This document shows, in pieces, positions 43,494-52,533 of a stretch of 64,000 bases of DNA; position 1 is the first letter of the stretch; each line of letters opens with the position of its first letter. Made by a program: the position numbers and the translations under genes. The DNA is taken from positions 198,417-262,416 of the forward strand of contig CAVZBT010000012.1 of NCBI GenBank assembly GCA_963773605.1, in the 5' to 3' direction. The notes under the pieces are model-generated. The model worked only from the letters and a program-made list of their open reading frames with translations, was not told the origin of the DNA and did not search any database. The stretch is from an uncultured Acidobacteriota bacterium (lineage in GTDB: Bacteria; Acidobacteriota; UBA6911).

Positions 43494-43964
43494 TTAATAG
43501 AGCGTGATCACCTTCCCCAGGGGGGTCATCTTCTTGACCTTGGTGCCGTCGTAATAGGGAAACCCGGCTTTGAGCATCGCAGGCTGGCCGTCGGCAATCA
43601 CGATCACATTCTTGTACCCGCGCTGAAGCAATATCAGTGCCGCACCGGCACTGTAGCCTTCGGCGGGCCCTCAGTTGCAGAAGACTCCGATGAGAACTCC
43701 GGGGGGGGCGTTTATTTTCACCCCGGCAAGCCTGGTCGTCGGTACGTAGACGGCTCCCACGATGTCCGAGCGGCGCTTGTCGTCCCCGCCGGGATGCACG
43801 TCCATGAGGATAATCTTGCCAGCCTGATACAACTGGAGAGCTTGTCGCGCTCCCACGTGGCGGACCTGAGTCCGGGGATCTGGCTGCCCGTATGAAAGCG
43901 GAGCCAGGGCCACGACAACCAGTATGGCGGCAAGCGCCCTTCGCAAAGCTGCTGGCGCGGTCAT
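43494..43964 (-). CDS. Periplasmic single-domain rhodanese-like sulfurtransferase with an in-frame TGA (43671-43673) in the active-site loop; either a selenoprotein candidate or a nonsense pseudogene
   Basis: An AGGAGGAGG SD lies 6 nt before ATG 43964. The signal peptide is MTAPAALRRALAAILVVVALAPLSYG. The rhodanese pattern is GKIILMDVH..IVGAVYVP..VLIGVFCN-TGA-GPAEGYSAGAALILLQRGYKNVIVIADGQPAMLKAGFPY. The same frame continues 59 codons past the TGA to TAA at 43494-43496. Confidence 0.55.
43635..43653 (-). promoter_or_regulatory. SECIS-like stem-loop downstream of the in-frame TGA
   Basis: The mRNA reads UGA-N17-CAGUGCC-GGUGC-GGCACUG. This is a 7-bp stem with an apical loop starting GG. The loop begins 24 nt after the UGA. 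Confidence 0.3.
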
Positions 43965-44035
43965 TTCGGCCTCCTCCTGTGGAATGGATGCAAGTTCTTC
44001 CGTCGGGTTGCAAGGGTGGTGCGGAGGAACTGGGT

Positions 44036-45358
44036 TCACCGGCATGCTCGAGAGCAGTCCCGCTTGTCCGCATCCGGTTGATCCCGGCTTTGCTCTCGTG
44101 GGTCGCCGCCCCGGATTTCCCGCGAACTTGCGTATCGGTCATACAGTCGTTCGATCTTGTTGACGGTCATTCTGACGTCGAAGTGATCGCGGACCCGCTC
44201 ACGGGCGGCGGCGCCCATCGACTGGGCCCGGTTGGGATCCGTGGCCAGGGCGACGATGCGCTCGGCCAACAGGGTGATATTCCCGCGTGGCACTATGAAT
44301 CCGGTGATTCCGTCCACCACAGTATCGGTAAAGCCGGGCACGTCGGAGGTTATCACGGGTTTGCCGAGGGCCATGGCTTCGATAGGCGTCAGACTCATGC
44401 CCTCCGGGAAAGTGGAGACCTGTGCCACGACATCAAGGTCGGCAAGAACGCTGGGAACGTCGTTGCGCCATCCCGTGAAGATCACGTTGGTTTCGATGCC
44501 GAGATCGCGGCAACGGCGCTTCAGATCTCCGGGATAGTCGCTCCCCAGCGGGTCGTTGCCGACTATGACAAACTTCGCGTCGGGCAGAAGTTTCAGGACC
44601 TGGGAAGCCGCCTCTATGAATTCGGATATGCCCTTACCCGGCACGAGTCGTGCGATGGTTCCGACCAGAAAACCTTTCTGCCCCAGGCCGTATTCGGCCC
44701 GGAGAACGCCGCGCGCCACGTCTTCATAGGCATCGAGATCGACGCCGTTGAAAATCAGGCAGACCTTTTCAGATCCGAATGCGCTGCGGTACTCATTCTC
44801 CACGTGCGAATTCAGAGTGACGATCATGCTGAGCCATTTGCCCGTCCGGCATTCAAGTCCGGTTAACGGTTCCGTGCCCCTGATGTGAGCCATGCACGGA
44901 ACGCCGGTCAACCTGGCCGCCAGAAGCGCGGCGAACCCTTCGTAGATACCGTTGTTCAGGTGAACCAGGGCAATGTGCTTTTCGCGTATGATGCGGGCGA
45001 TGCGCCAGGCATTTGTGCAGGTGTTTACGAGGAAATTGCCGTAAAAGCAGACATTCCGGCCGACACGTCCGGAAGTGCCTTGGGGAAAGGGATAGACAAG
45101 ACTGGCCCTTCGAACATCTACTCCCGCATTCTGGATCTCTGCTATCCTCGGTCCTACGCCATGGACGACGACGTGCGGTGTGTACCGCTCCCGATCGAGG
45201 CATTTCACGAGCCGATAGAGACTTACGGCGGATCCCCCGAACCCGGAGCCCGTTTCGTACAGAAGGACATTCACTGCAAATCGCCCCCCGGAGCAGGGCG
45301 GGCGCAGAAGCGGGGGGCCATCACCGTTCATTGTTACCTTCGCAATTCGCCTCAACAC
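44036..45358 (-). CDS. Glycosyltransferase family 4
   Basis: VNVLLYETGSGFGGSAVSLYRLVKCLDRERY.. at the N-terminus and DVVAQVSTFPEGMSLTPIEAMALGKPVITSDVPG at the C-terminus. The start is uncertain (45358, 45331 or GTG 45274). Confidence 0.8.
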   Translation of the reverse strand: MLRRIAKVTMNGDGPPLLRPPCSGGRFAVNVLLYETGSGFGGSAVSLYRLVKCLDRERYTPHVVVHGVGPRIAEIQNAGVDVRRASLVYPFPQGTSGRVGRNVCFYGNFLVNTCTNAWRIARIIREKHIALVHLNNGIYEGFAALLAARLTGVPCMAHIRGTEPLTGLECRTGKWLSMIVTLNSHVENEYRSAFGSEKVCLIFNGVDLDAYEDVARGVLRAEYGLGQKGFLVGTIARLVPGKGISEFIEAASQVLKLLPDAKFVIVGNDPLGSDYPGDLKRRCRDLGIETNVIFTGWRNDVPSVLADLDVVAQVSTFPEGMSLTPIEAMALGKPVITSDVPGFTDTVVDGITGFIVPRGNITLLAERIVALATDPNRAQSMGAAARERVRDHFDVRMTVNKIERLYDRYASSREIRGGDPREQSRDQPDADKRDCSRACR

Positions 45359-46526
45359 CTCTCGGTGGGCACACGTACTGTTGCCCGCTCGCTGCCCCCA
45401 AGACTTGTAGCAGGCGCTCCGCGTTGGAGTCTATCGAGAATTGTCTCGCTCTCTCGGCCGCATTCAGACCCAATTGTGAGCGCAGAAGTGCATCGCTGTG
45501 CAGATCCAGGATTTTCTGTGCGAGGGCCCCGGCGTCTTCGGCCTGCACGATGAGCGCCTCGCGCCCGTTCGTCACCAATGCGGCGAATGCCGGAATATCG
45601 GTCGCTACAATTGGTTTGCCCAAGGCCATCGCTTCCAACAGCGCAATCCCAAGGCCCTCATATCTCGAGGGCATCACGAACACATCTGAAGCATTAATGA
45701 TGTCGAGGATATCAGGGCGGGACCCCAGAAACATGAACCTTCCTGAAAGTCCTTCCTTGCTTACATTCTGTTTCAGGTCCTCCGCGTGATGACTCTTGTC
45801 ACTTCCACACACCAGGACGTGGCAGTTGACGAGTCTTGGGGCAATTTCCGCAAAGGCCTTCAACAAAACATCGTGACCCTTCCGAGGATGGATGTTGCCG
45901 GCGGCAACCAGCAGGAAGTCGCTTGCGGCGAATCCGAGTTCCCGTCTCTTGGCATCCCGAGGCATCAGATGCGAGAATCGTTTCAGGTCTACCCCGTTGA
46001 CTATGACACTGATTTTCGCCGGCGCAACTCCCACGTGAATCAGGTAATCCTTAACGGCCTCGGACACCGCTATAACCCGGTCCGACACGTGCGCCAAAAT
46101 CCTGTCCACGAAGAGCTCTATACCATTCTTCTCCGCTTCATAGACATTGTGTTCGTACGTGATAACCAAGGGCCGGGGGTGAACGAACAGGGCAGCCAGA
46201 CGGGTCAGCGTATTGGTGAAATACAGGTTGCTTATGATGCAGTCAGGCCTTTCTGACCTCAAGAACATAACGAGCCGCACGAAACGGGGGACATCCAGCA
46301 GGTACTTGAAATGAAACCTCGTGACGTGACTTCCGGGCAGAGTGATCAGCTCGTCGAAATTCCTTCCCATGCTCTTCCGCAAGGTGGCTAGGCGAACATC
46401 GTATCCCCACGAACTCAGGAGGGTTGTCTGGTCAACCACGAGCCTCTCGGCTCCGCCGGCACTCAAGTTGTTGATCGCGAACAGGATCTTCTTGGGAGCG
46501 TTTGCCATGAGGATGTCAATTGCCAT
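45321..46526 (-). CDS. Glycosyltransferase family 4
   Basis: KKILFAINNLSAGGAERLVVDQTTLL.. at the N-terminus and DVFVMPSRYEGLGIALLEAMALGKPIVATDIP at the C-terminus. ATG at 46526 or 46508. Confidence 0.8.
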   Translation of the reverse strand: MAIDILMANAPKKILFAINNLSAGGAERLVVDQTTLLSSWGYDVRLATLRKSMGRNFDELITLPGSHVTRFHFKYLLDVPRFVRLVMFLRSERPDCIISNLYFTNTLTRLAALFVHPRPLVITYEHNVYEAEKNGIELFVDRILAHVSDRVIAVSEAVKDYLIHVGVAPAKISVIVNGVDLKRFSHLMPRDAKRRELGFAASDFLLVAAGNIHPRKGHDVLLKAFAEIAPRLVNCHVLVCGSDKSHHAEDLKQNVSKEGLSGRFMFLGSRPDILDIINASDVFVMPSRYEGLGIALLEAMALGKPIVATDIPAFAALVTNGREALIVQAEDAGALAQKILDLHSDALLRSQLGLNAAERARQFSIDSNAERLLQVLGAASGQQYVCPPRGVEANCEGNNER

Positions 46527-46540
46527 GTGCTGGGGTCCTG

Positions 46541-48124
46541 TCAGTCCCTGACGCCGGCTAACCTGGAGTATTTTCCAAGAAGCGTCCGCATTTGCGAGCA
46601 TTCGCCTTTTGTCGTCAGTGTCGCGATGCCGATGGGGACGTACAGGCACACGAAGAGTACGCCCTTGCCGAAGAACGTGGGCCAGTCCGAAAAGCTGGAG
46701 AGACGCGGCAACAGGAGATACGGTACGGCTATGAGCGCCGTCGCCGAGAGCCACCGGAGCACGGTCTCGCGCACATACCGGCGCAGCGACAGGGAGGCGC
46801 TTCTGCAGGCCAGGATGGGCAGGAGAAAGGAGGAAAACACCAACGAGGGGACGAGACTGCCCAGCGCTATGCCCATGAGGCCAAGGTGGAAACGGAGAAC
46901 CAGGACGATCCCCAGGGTGAGGTTCGTCAGGCCTTCCGCCACGACGCACGCCGCCAGAAGCCGCACACGCCCGATGCCCAACAGCAGGGTCGAGCAGGGC
47001 CAGGCGGCCAGCGCTCCCAGTTGTGCGAGTGCCAGCACAATCAGTATGGGATAGTGCTCTGCGTATTTTGCGCCCATCCACTTGCTTATGAAATCACGGC
47101 CGAAAACGACAATCCCGATCATCAAAGGCACCGCGAAAATCATCACAAAGCGGGTTGTCCGCTCCACCAGCCACTGCATTTCACTGGGGTTCGAACGGGC
47201 GCCGGTCTTGAGCAACTCGGGCGCAAGTACGGCGCGCACCTGCTTTATGGCGGTCAGGCCGTAGTCGACGAGCATGAAAGGGATATTGTAGAAGGTGATC
47301 GCGGCCGCGCCGATCAACCGGCCTATCACCAGGGAGTTCGTATAATAGATGAGTTGCACGCCGACGTCCGCGACAAACGCGTACGCCCCGAAGTGGACAA
47401 TGTCCTGGAACGTCGCCTTCGTGACATTCGACGGCGCGATCGCAAATGGCGGTCCCCACCGTCTGGCCAGCCAGAAGAGAAGCGCGCACGCCAGGGTGCT
47501 CGACAGGAGTTGGACGCTTGCCAGGCCCAGCATGCCCCAGCCCGATGCCAAGGCCGCCACCGTGCCGATCGCACCGGCGATCAGGGTCGTGACCGTGACC
47601 CCGTTGATGACGCCGAAGCGGTCGCGTGCCGCCAGGAGTTGGCGAAAGACGCCGGCCGCGAACCCCATGACAATATTTCCGGAAAGCACGACCAGTATCA
47701 CCCGGGCCTGGGCCGTCATGCCCATGGGGAGACGGGAAAACAGGGCGTACAGCACGGGGCCCAGGGTAGCGCCTATACCTACAATGACGAGCCCGAGGAT
47801 TGCATACAGAACCAGCGAGGTCGAGACGATCCGGTTCAGCCGTTCCTGGTCGTTCTTGGCAATGGAGAGATTGATGTAGCGCGAGATGCTTGTGGTGGCT
47901 CCCAGGTCGAGGAGTCCCATATAGCCCGTGAGCGAAATCAACAACACCCACACGCCATACATCGCATCGCCGAGACTGTGCACGACGAACGGTGAGAGGA
48001 AGAAGGTCACGACCAACTTCGCCCCGTAGCCGGAAACGTTGGCGAGGGTATTGCCGAAATAGACTCCAGCCATACCTGTGGGCCGGGTTTCCCTGGGCGC
48101 ACAGGTTGCTGGTTTGGAGGTCAT
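46541..48124 (-). CDS. Polysaccharide flippase (Wzx / MOP superfamily), second copy in the window
   Basis: The ATG at 48124 overlaps the upstream stop (ATGA). NVSGYGAKLVVTFFLSPFVVHSLGDAMYGVWVLLISLTGYMGLLDLG plus about 12 TM segments. Confidence 0.8.
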   Translation of the reverse strand: MTSKPATCAPRETRPTGMAGVYFGNTLANVSGYGAKLVVTFFLSPFVVHSLGDAMYGVWVLLISLTGYMGLLDLGATTSISRYINLSIAKNDQERLNRIVSTSLVLYAILGLVIVGIGATLGPVLYALFSRLPMGMTAQARVILVVLSGNIVMGFAAGVFRQLLAARDRFGVINGVTVTTLIAGAIGTVAALASGWGMLGLASVQLLSSTLACALLFWLARRWGPPFAIAPSNVTKATFQDIVHFGAYAFVADVGVQLIYYTNSLVIGRLIGAAAITFYNIPFMLVDYGLTAIKQVRAVLAPELLKTGARSNPSEMQWLVERTTRFVMIFAVPLMIGIVVFGRDFISKWMGAKYAEHYPILIVLALAQLGALAAWPCSTLLLGIGRVRLLAACVVAEGLTNLTLGIVLVLRFHLGLMGIALGSLVPSLVFSSFLLPILACRSASLSLRRYVRETVLRWLSATALIAVPYLLLPRLSSFSDWPTFFGKGVLFVCLYVPIGIATLTTKGECSQMRTLLGKYSRLAGVRD

Positions 48125-49251
48125 TGAGCGACAATCTCCCGGGATCTGAACGGTCGGCAGCAGCTCGAGGCCACGCGACGAATAACCGGGCCGTGTTTGT
48201 GAGCGGCATAGAGGATGGCCGGGTACCCTCGTCGGGGGTAGAACAGGACGTTTCTGCGCTCGTGCAGTTTCCCGGACCAGCGCATTTTGTACCCGTAGGG
48301 CAGCCCGCAAAAATCGTACTCCTTGAGCGAGTTGGCAAAACAGTGTTTGATGATGGCCGACTCCAGCACGGACCCCGGGGAAAGATGCTCGAAGCCCTGG
48401 TCGAAATCCCCGCGCATGGCGTGAGTTATCCCGGCGTATTCGAGATGATATTCCGTGGCGATCGCCTGCCCACCCAGGCGCAAGAGCCAGATGCGCAACC
48501 AGCCGTTGTCCTGGGCGGTGCGGGAGAGGGCCCTGAAGAAACGTTCGCGTTCCGGCGTCCCCGTCATGGAGGTTTTGCCGGCGTGTTTCCAGCTGCGGCG
48601 GGAAACGGACATGGCCTCCTCGAGGTATTGCTGCCCTTCACCCACCGTGTCGTAGACCCTTATTTCCACGTCCCCCTGCTGCTCCAGGCGGTTTACTTTA
48701 TTCCGCAGCTGTTTTCTGAATTTCGGCGTGGTCGTTTGCAGAAAAGCATCGTATTCACCGTTGGTGTCTATGTATGGGGAATCCATGGACGGCCGCACGA
48801 TATGCCGGACTTTGTTTTTTTTCAGACACTCTTGAAGCGTCGGCAACGATGCGACCGGCACCTTGTTCAAGACGGCGACATCCCACAGGGCGGGAACGTG
48901 GTGCAGGAGGAACCCCAGAAGTTCCCCGATGGCCCGGCTCTCGTGTTCTGTGCGGCACACTATGTTCATGGAGGGTGCGTTGGCATCCTCGATAAAGCCC
49001 AGGCGTGTGTAACGAAGGCCTTTGTAGTTGTCGCCAAAAAGCATCAGGGGCGCAACGCCCTGGAGTTGGCCCTGGTCATAGCAGAGCAGGACAAACATCT
49101 TTCTTGCCGCACCGAACGCTTCGAACCACGCCTGAAACCATTCATGGCGCAAGAACACGTTGCCGGCCTCCCCGCTGCTGTCGAGCAGGGAGTTCCAGTC
49201 AGATCGAAGCTGTCCGAAGCGACCCGGTTCTGTGATGATTTCGACGCTCAC
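48121..49251 (-). CDS. CelD/BcsL-like GNAT-fold acyltransferase (FemAB-related)
   Basis: FGQLRSDWNSLLDSSGEAGNVFLRHEWFQAWFEAFG..LLCYDQGQLQGVAPLM..LEYAGITHAMRGDFDQGFEHLSPGSVL is the CelD-like pattern. Confidence 0.7.
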   Translation of the reverse strand: MSVEIITEPGRFGQLRSDWNSLLDSSGEAGNVFLRHEWFQAWFEAFGAARKMFVLLCYDQGQLQGVAPLMLFGDNYKGLRYTRLGFIEDANAPSMNIVCRTEHESRAIGELLGFLLHHVPALWDVAVLNKVPVASLPTLQECLKKNKVRHIVRPSMDSPYIDTNGEYDAFLQTTTPKFRKQLRNKVNRLEQQGDVEIRVYDTVGEGQQYLEEAMSVSRRSWKHAGKTSMTGTPERERFFRALSRTAQDNGWLRIWLLRLGGQAIATEYHLEYAGITHAMRGDFDQGFEHLSPGSVLESAIIKHCFANSLKEYDFCGLPYGYKMRWSGKLHERRNVLFYPRRGYPAILYAAHKHGPVIRRVASSCCRPFRSREIVAQ

Positions 49252-49331
49252 CCGTCAACACCCTGCTTTCGGATAATTCATTCGCGGACGAGCGCCGAGC
49301 TTCATTGACGGCATCGGATGATGGTGCTCCA

Positions 49332-50267
49332 TCACGCTTCGAGCCAACGCACTTCCCAGGGCAGCGAACGCCTCAGTTCATATGGGGCCGCATGCAACCC
49401 GTTGGTGCCCGGTTCGGTCGTGACCGCACAGGCAAAGCCGAGCTGTTTCAGGAGCGCGGGGGCTTCCCTGGGGTAATGTGTTGTGCGCCCGAAGGGGTAA
49501 GCAAAGCTCTTTACGGCTCGGCCGGTTCTCTCTTCAATCATCGTTTTCGAGTCCGCTATTTCCTTTTGGAGGACTTCGGCGTCGACCTGGGAAAGAACAG
49601 GGTGGGTGACCGTATGGGCGCCGAACTGAATGCCATTCTGGCTCATTTCGTTGACTTGCGCCCATGTCAGCATCTGCGGCTCAAGCGTGCTCGAGGGGTC
49701 AACTCCCAGCAGCAGGGGAAGGGTGGGCAGGATCGTGAGCCTTTCCCGGTCGGGGCACGTCCGCAGGTAATGCATCACCGTGTCGGAGGCAGCCCGCTTT
49801 TCCGCAGCGGTCCGAAGTGAGAGGGGCACCGTCTGTTTTCCCAGGTCGATGTCGACGCGGCTCTTCGGCGTGCGCATGAAAACGGAGCGCAACTTGATGA
49901 ACCAGGGTGTTTCCCCTTTTTCGATGAACCCGGTGGTGAGGAAAATTGTCGCCGGCACCCCGTACTTTTTCAAAACGGGGTATGCTTTTTCGTAATTGTC
50001 CCGGAAGCCGTCGTCAAAAGTAACCGCGACACAATTCCTGACAGACTCCTGCCGCGACAGCCTTCCGATTATTTCCTCGAGGGGAAGAACGTTGTAGTTG
50101 CTCCTGAGGAACTGGATCTGCCTGACAAAATTCCGCAGGGAAATTTCGGGAAAAAAACCGTTCGGGGCGTCGGAAATCATGTGATAGGCGAGGATATGGA
50201 ACTCATTCCGCAGGTGGGTGAGCCTGGGCAACCTGCTTCTGAGTAAGAGCACTCGAAGTGCACTCAA
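49332..50267 (-). CDS. Polysaccharide deacetylase (CE4 family)
   Basis: VAVTFDDGFRDNYEKAYPVLKKYGVPATIFLTTGFI..FGAHTVTHPVLS shows the CE4 motifs TFDDG and H-x-x-x-H. Confidence 0.85.
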   Translation of the reverse strand: MSALRVLLLRSRLPRLTHLRNEFHILAYHMISDAPNGFFPEISLRNFVRQIQFLRSNYNVLPLEEIIGRLSRQESVRNCVAVTFDDGFRDNYEKAYPVLKKYGVPATIFLTTGFIEKGETPWFIKLRSVFMRTPKSRVDIDLGKQTVPLSLRTAAEKRAASDTVMHYLRTCPDRERLTILPTLPLLLGVDPSSTLEPQMLTWAQVNEMSQNGIQFGAHTVTHPVLSQVDAEVLQKEIADSKTMIEERTGRAVKSFAYPFGRTTHYPREAPALLKQLGFACAVTTEPGTNGLHAAPYELRRSLPWEVRWLEA

Positions 50268-50332
50268 GATTCGACCTCTTGTGAGTCGGAAACCGGGCTG
50301 TTCTGAATGGAGCGGGCTGATCTGAGGGCGGA

Positions 50333-51580
50333 CTACTGAGGAACGATCGGAGTCGTCGGCCGGGAGGTGCTTTGCGTAGCGGCGGATGCCAGCGCAGGAG
50401 GCAAGAGCAGCCCTGCGAACCTGCTCAGGTTCCTCTCCCAGCCGTAGTGCTCTTCGAGGACGGACCGTGTCGCCGCAACCTCAGAGTCGGACCGGTCGGC
50501 GCCGGTAAGATACCGGACGACGGAGTCGGCCATCCGACGAGGGTCGGATGCGACGGCGACAGGGAGTTGCTCCACAGCGTGGAGGCCTTCGGTCACCTGT
50601 GGGCTGGCCACGACCGGGAGGCCCGTCGCGAGTGCTTCCAGGACTTTGTTCTGCATCCCCTGGGAAATGCGCAACGGAACCACCGCCACGCGCGCCTGTG
50701 CCAGAAACGGTCTCACATCCGGGACTGTGCCGGCCACGGTAACTCCCTCCACTTCGGCGAGTTTCCGGACCGACCTGGCCGGATTCCTTCCAACAATCAG
50801 GAAACGGGAGGACGGGATTTGCGACCGGATCATGGGGAACACCGACCGGACGAAAAACTGCACGGCATCGACATTCGGGAAGTAGTCCATCGCTCCGGTG
50901 AAGATGATCACCGGGCCGCGCGGCCCGGCCGTTCGGGGCTGAAAGTAGTCCAGATCAATCCCGTTCGGGATGAAGTGCACCCTGGTGCGGAATTCCCGAC
51001 CGAACGGATCGTCGCGCCCGATCCAGCCGACTTCCCTGGAGGAGACAAATACCGATGCCTCACAGAGCCTGATCATCTGGAGTTCGAAGGCGGAGAGGCG
51101 CCGCGACTCGAATCTGTAAAGCAGGCTTTTCGGGAAAGGCTTCATACGCGAGTACTGCTGCCACTTGGCCGCGTCTGAATCCACAAAATCGAGAACCCGG
51201 CGGCAGGGCAGTGACGCCAGGTAAGGGGCCACCGAAGACGAATATGCGAGCGCCACATCGACGCTCGCCTCCCGGAACTTACGCCAGACCGCAGATCGCA
51301 TCTCGTGGCTCTCGTAGAATCCAAGAGTCCACGGCTTGCCTCGCAGCATCGAGACCAGGGCCTTCCTCGTCTGCCGACGGCGATCCAGGGCAATGAGCGT
51401 GACCGACCGGCAGAATTGCTCGAGGTCGCCCGCATACTCCGCATCGGCGGGATCGTCACAGAAGGCGAGCAGGTGGATCGCGTGGTTTCGGGCGAGAAAC
51501 CTGATTTCGTGAAACGAGCGGATCTTGTCGCCTTTGTTCGGCGGAAAGGGGACGCGATGCGCCAGGTAGAGAATATTCAT
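50333..51580 (-). CDS. GT4 glycosyltransferase, PEP-CTERM/EpsH1-system-associated type (stp1-like)
   Basis: MNILYLAHRVPFPPNKGDKIRSFHEIRFLARNH is the characteristic stp1 N-terminus. The C-terminus reads VAVVPLRISQGMQNKVLEALATGLPVVAS. Confidence 0.85.
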   Translation of the reverse strand: MNILYLAHRVPFPPNKGDKIRSFHEIRFLARNHAIHLLAFCDDPADAEYAGDLEQFCRSVTLIALDRRRQTRKALVSMLRGKPWTLGFYESHEMRSAVWRKFREASVDVALAYSSSVAPYLASLPCRRVLDFVDSDAAKWQQYSRMKPFPKSLLYRFESRRLSAFELQMIRLCEASVFVSSREVGWIGRDDPFGREFRTRVHFIPNGIDLDYFQPRTAGPRGPVIIFTGAMDYFPNVDAVQFFVRSVFPMIRSQIPSSRFLIVGRNPARSVRKLAEVEGVTVAGTVPDVRPFLAQARVAVVPLRISQGMQNKVLEALATGLPVVASPQVTEGLHAVEQLPVAVASDPRRMADSVVRYLTGADRSDSEVAATRSVLEEHYGWERNLSRFAGLLLPPALASAATQSTSRPTTPIVPQ

Positions 51581-51911
51581 CGTGGAGACGGTGGCCGGGG
51601 GCGCGTTGTAACAGTAGAGAGCTTCGCCCTCTCAATTACAGGGCTGGGCCTTGAAACTGAAGGACTTATATGGTTTTTGGGCGTTCTGCACGCCAGGGTG
51701 CGTTGATGATAACACAGGGTGCAGACAATCGTAATCCCGCGCCCCCGGGCCGGCATGCGCCGCTGAATCGATCGGCAACCGCGGCGCAAATCGTGAGCAT
51801 TATAGCGGTTCCAAACTCCTAAAGATTGGCCGGCTGCAAACCGATCTCCTTGTCTGGGATGCGGGGGCGGTGTATGGTTTTATCGTTTCCTGATCCTGAG
51901 GAGCAAATAAC

Positions 51912-52487
51912 GTGAACAGGTATCTTACAGTGTTAGTCGCGGCGTGCGCGTTGGAAATGCCACACCCTGCAGTCCATGGGCAGACTGCAGCGGCGAATTC
52001 GGAACAATTCGTTATCGGGCTGCAGGACGTGCTTTCGGTTGTCGTCTGGCGCGAACCGGAGCTTTCGGTAAAGGAGGTGGTGGTCCGGCCCGATGGCAGG
52101 ATTAGCCTTCCGCTCGTAAACGATATCCAGGCCGCCGGGCTGACCCCTAAACAACTGCAGGAAGGCATCGCGGACAAACTGAAAGATTTCGTATCCTCGC
52201 CCAACGTCACCGTGACGGTGATCAAGATCTTGAGCCAGACTGTGTCGCTCGTGGGAGAGGTGGCCAAGCCCGGAGTGTACACGCTCGGGGCTCCCATGAG
52301 CGTGCTGGACCTGCTGGCGCGTTCCGGGGGATTCCGTGAAACGGCCAAAACGAAGAAGATAAAGATTGTCAGGCAGGAAGGGAGTCGATCACTGCAGTTC
52401 GATTTCAACTTCCGTGATGTCTCGGCGGGAAAGAAGCTGGAGCAGAACATTCAGTTGAAGAACGGAGACGTGGTGATCGTCCCGTAG
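51912..52487 (+). CDS. Polysaccharide export outer-membrane protein (Wza/EpsE-like, Poly_export domain)
   Basis: FVIGLQDVLSVVVWREPELSVKEVVVRPDGRISLPLVNDIQAAGLTPKQLQEGIADKL..VTVTVIK..VSLVGEVAKPGVY. Confidence 0.85.
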   Translation: MNRYLTVLVAACALEMPHPAVHGQTAAANSEQFVIGLQDVLSVVVWREPELSVKEVVVRPDGRISLPLVNDIQAAGLTPKQLQEGIADKLKDFVSSPNVTVTVIKILSQTVSLVGEVAKPGVYTLGAPMSVLDLLARSGGFRETAKTKKIKIVRQEGSRSLQFDFNFRDVSAGKKLEQNIQLKNGDVVIVP

Positions 52488-52533
52488 GGGCGCACTTCGG
52501 CGGCTCCGGGAACGGGCAAGAGGTGAAACGGCG

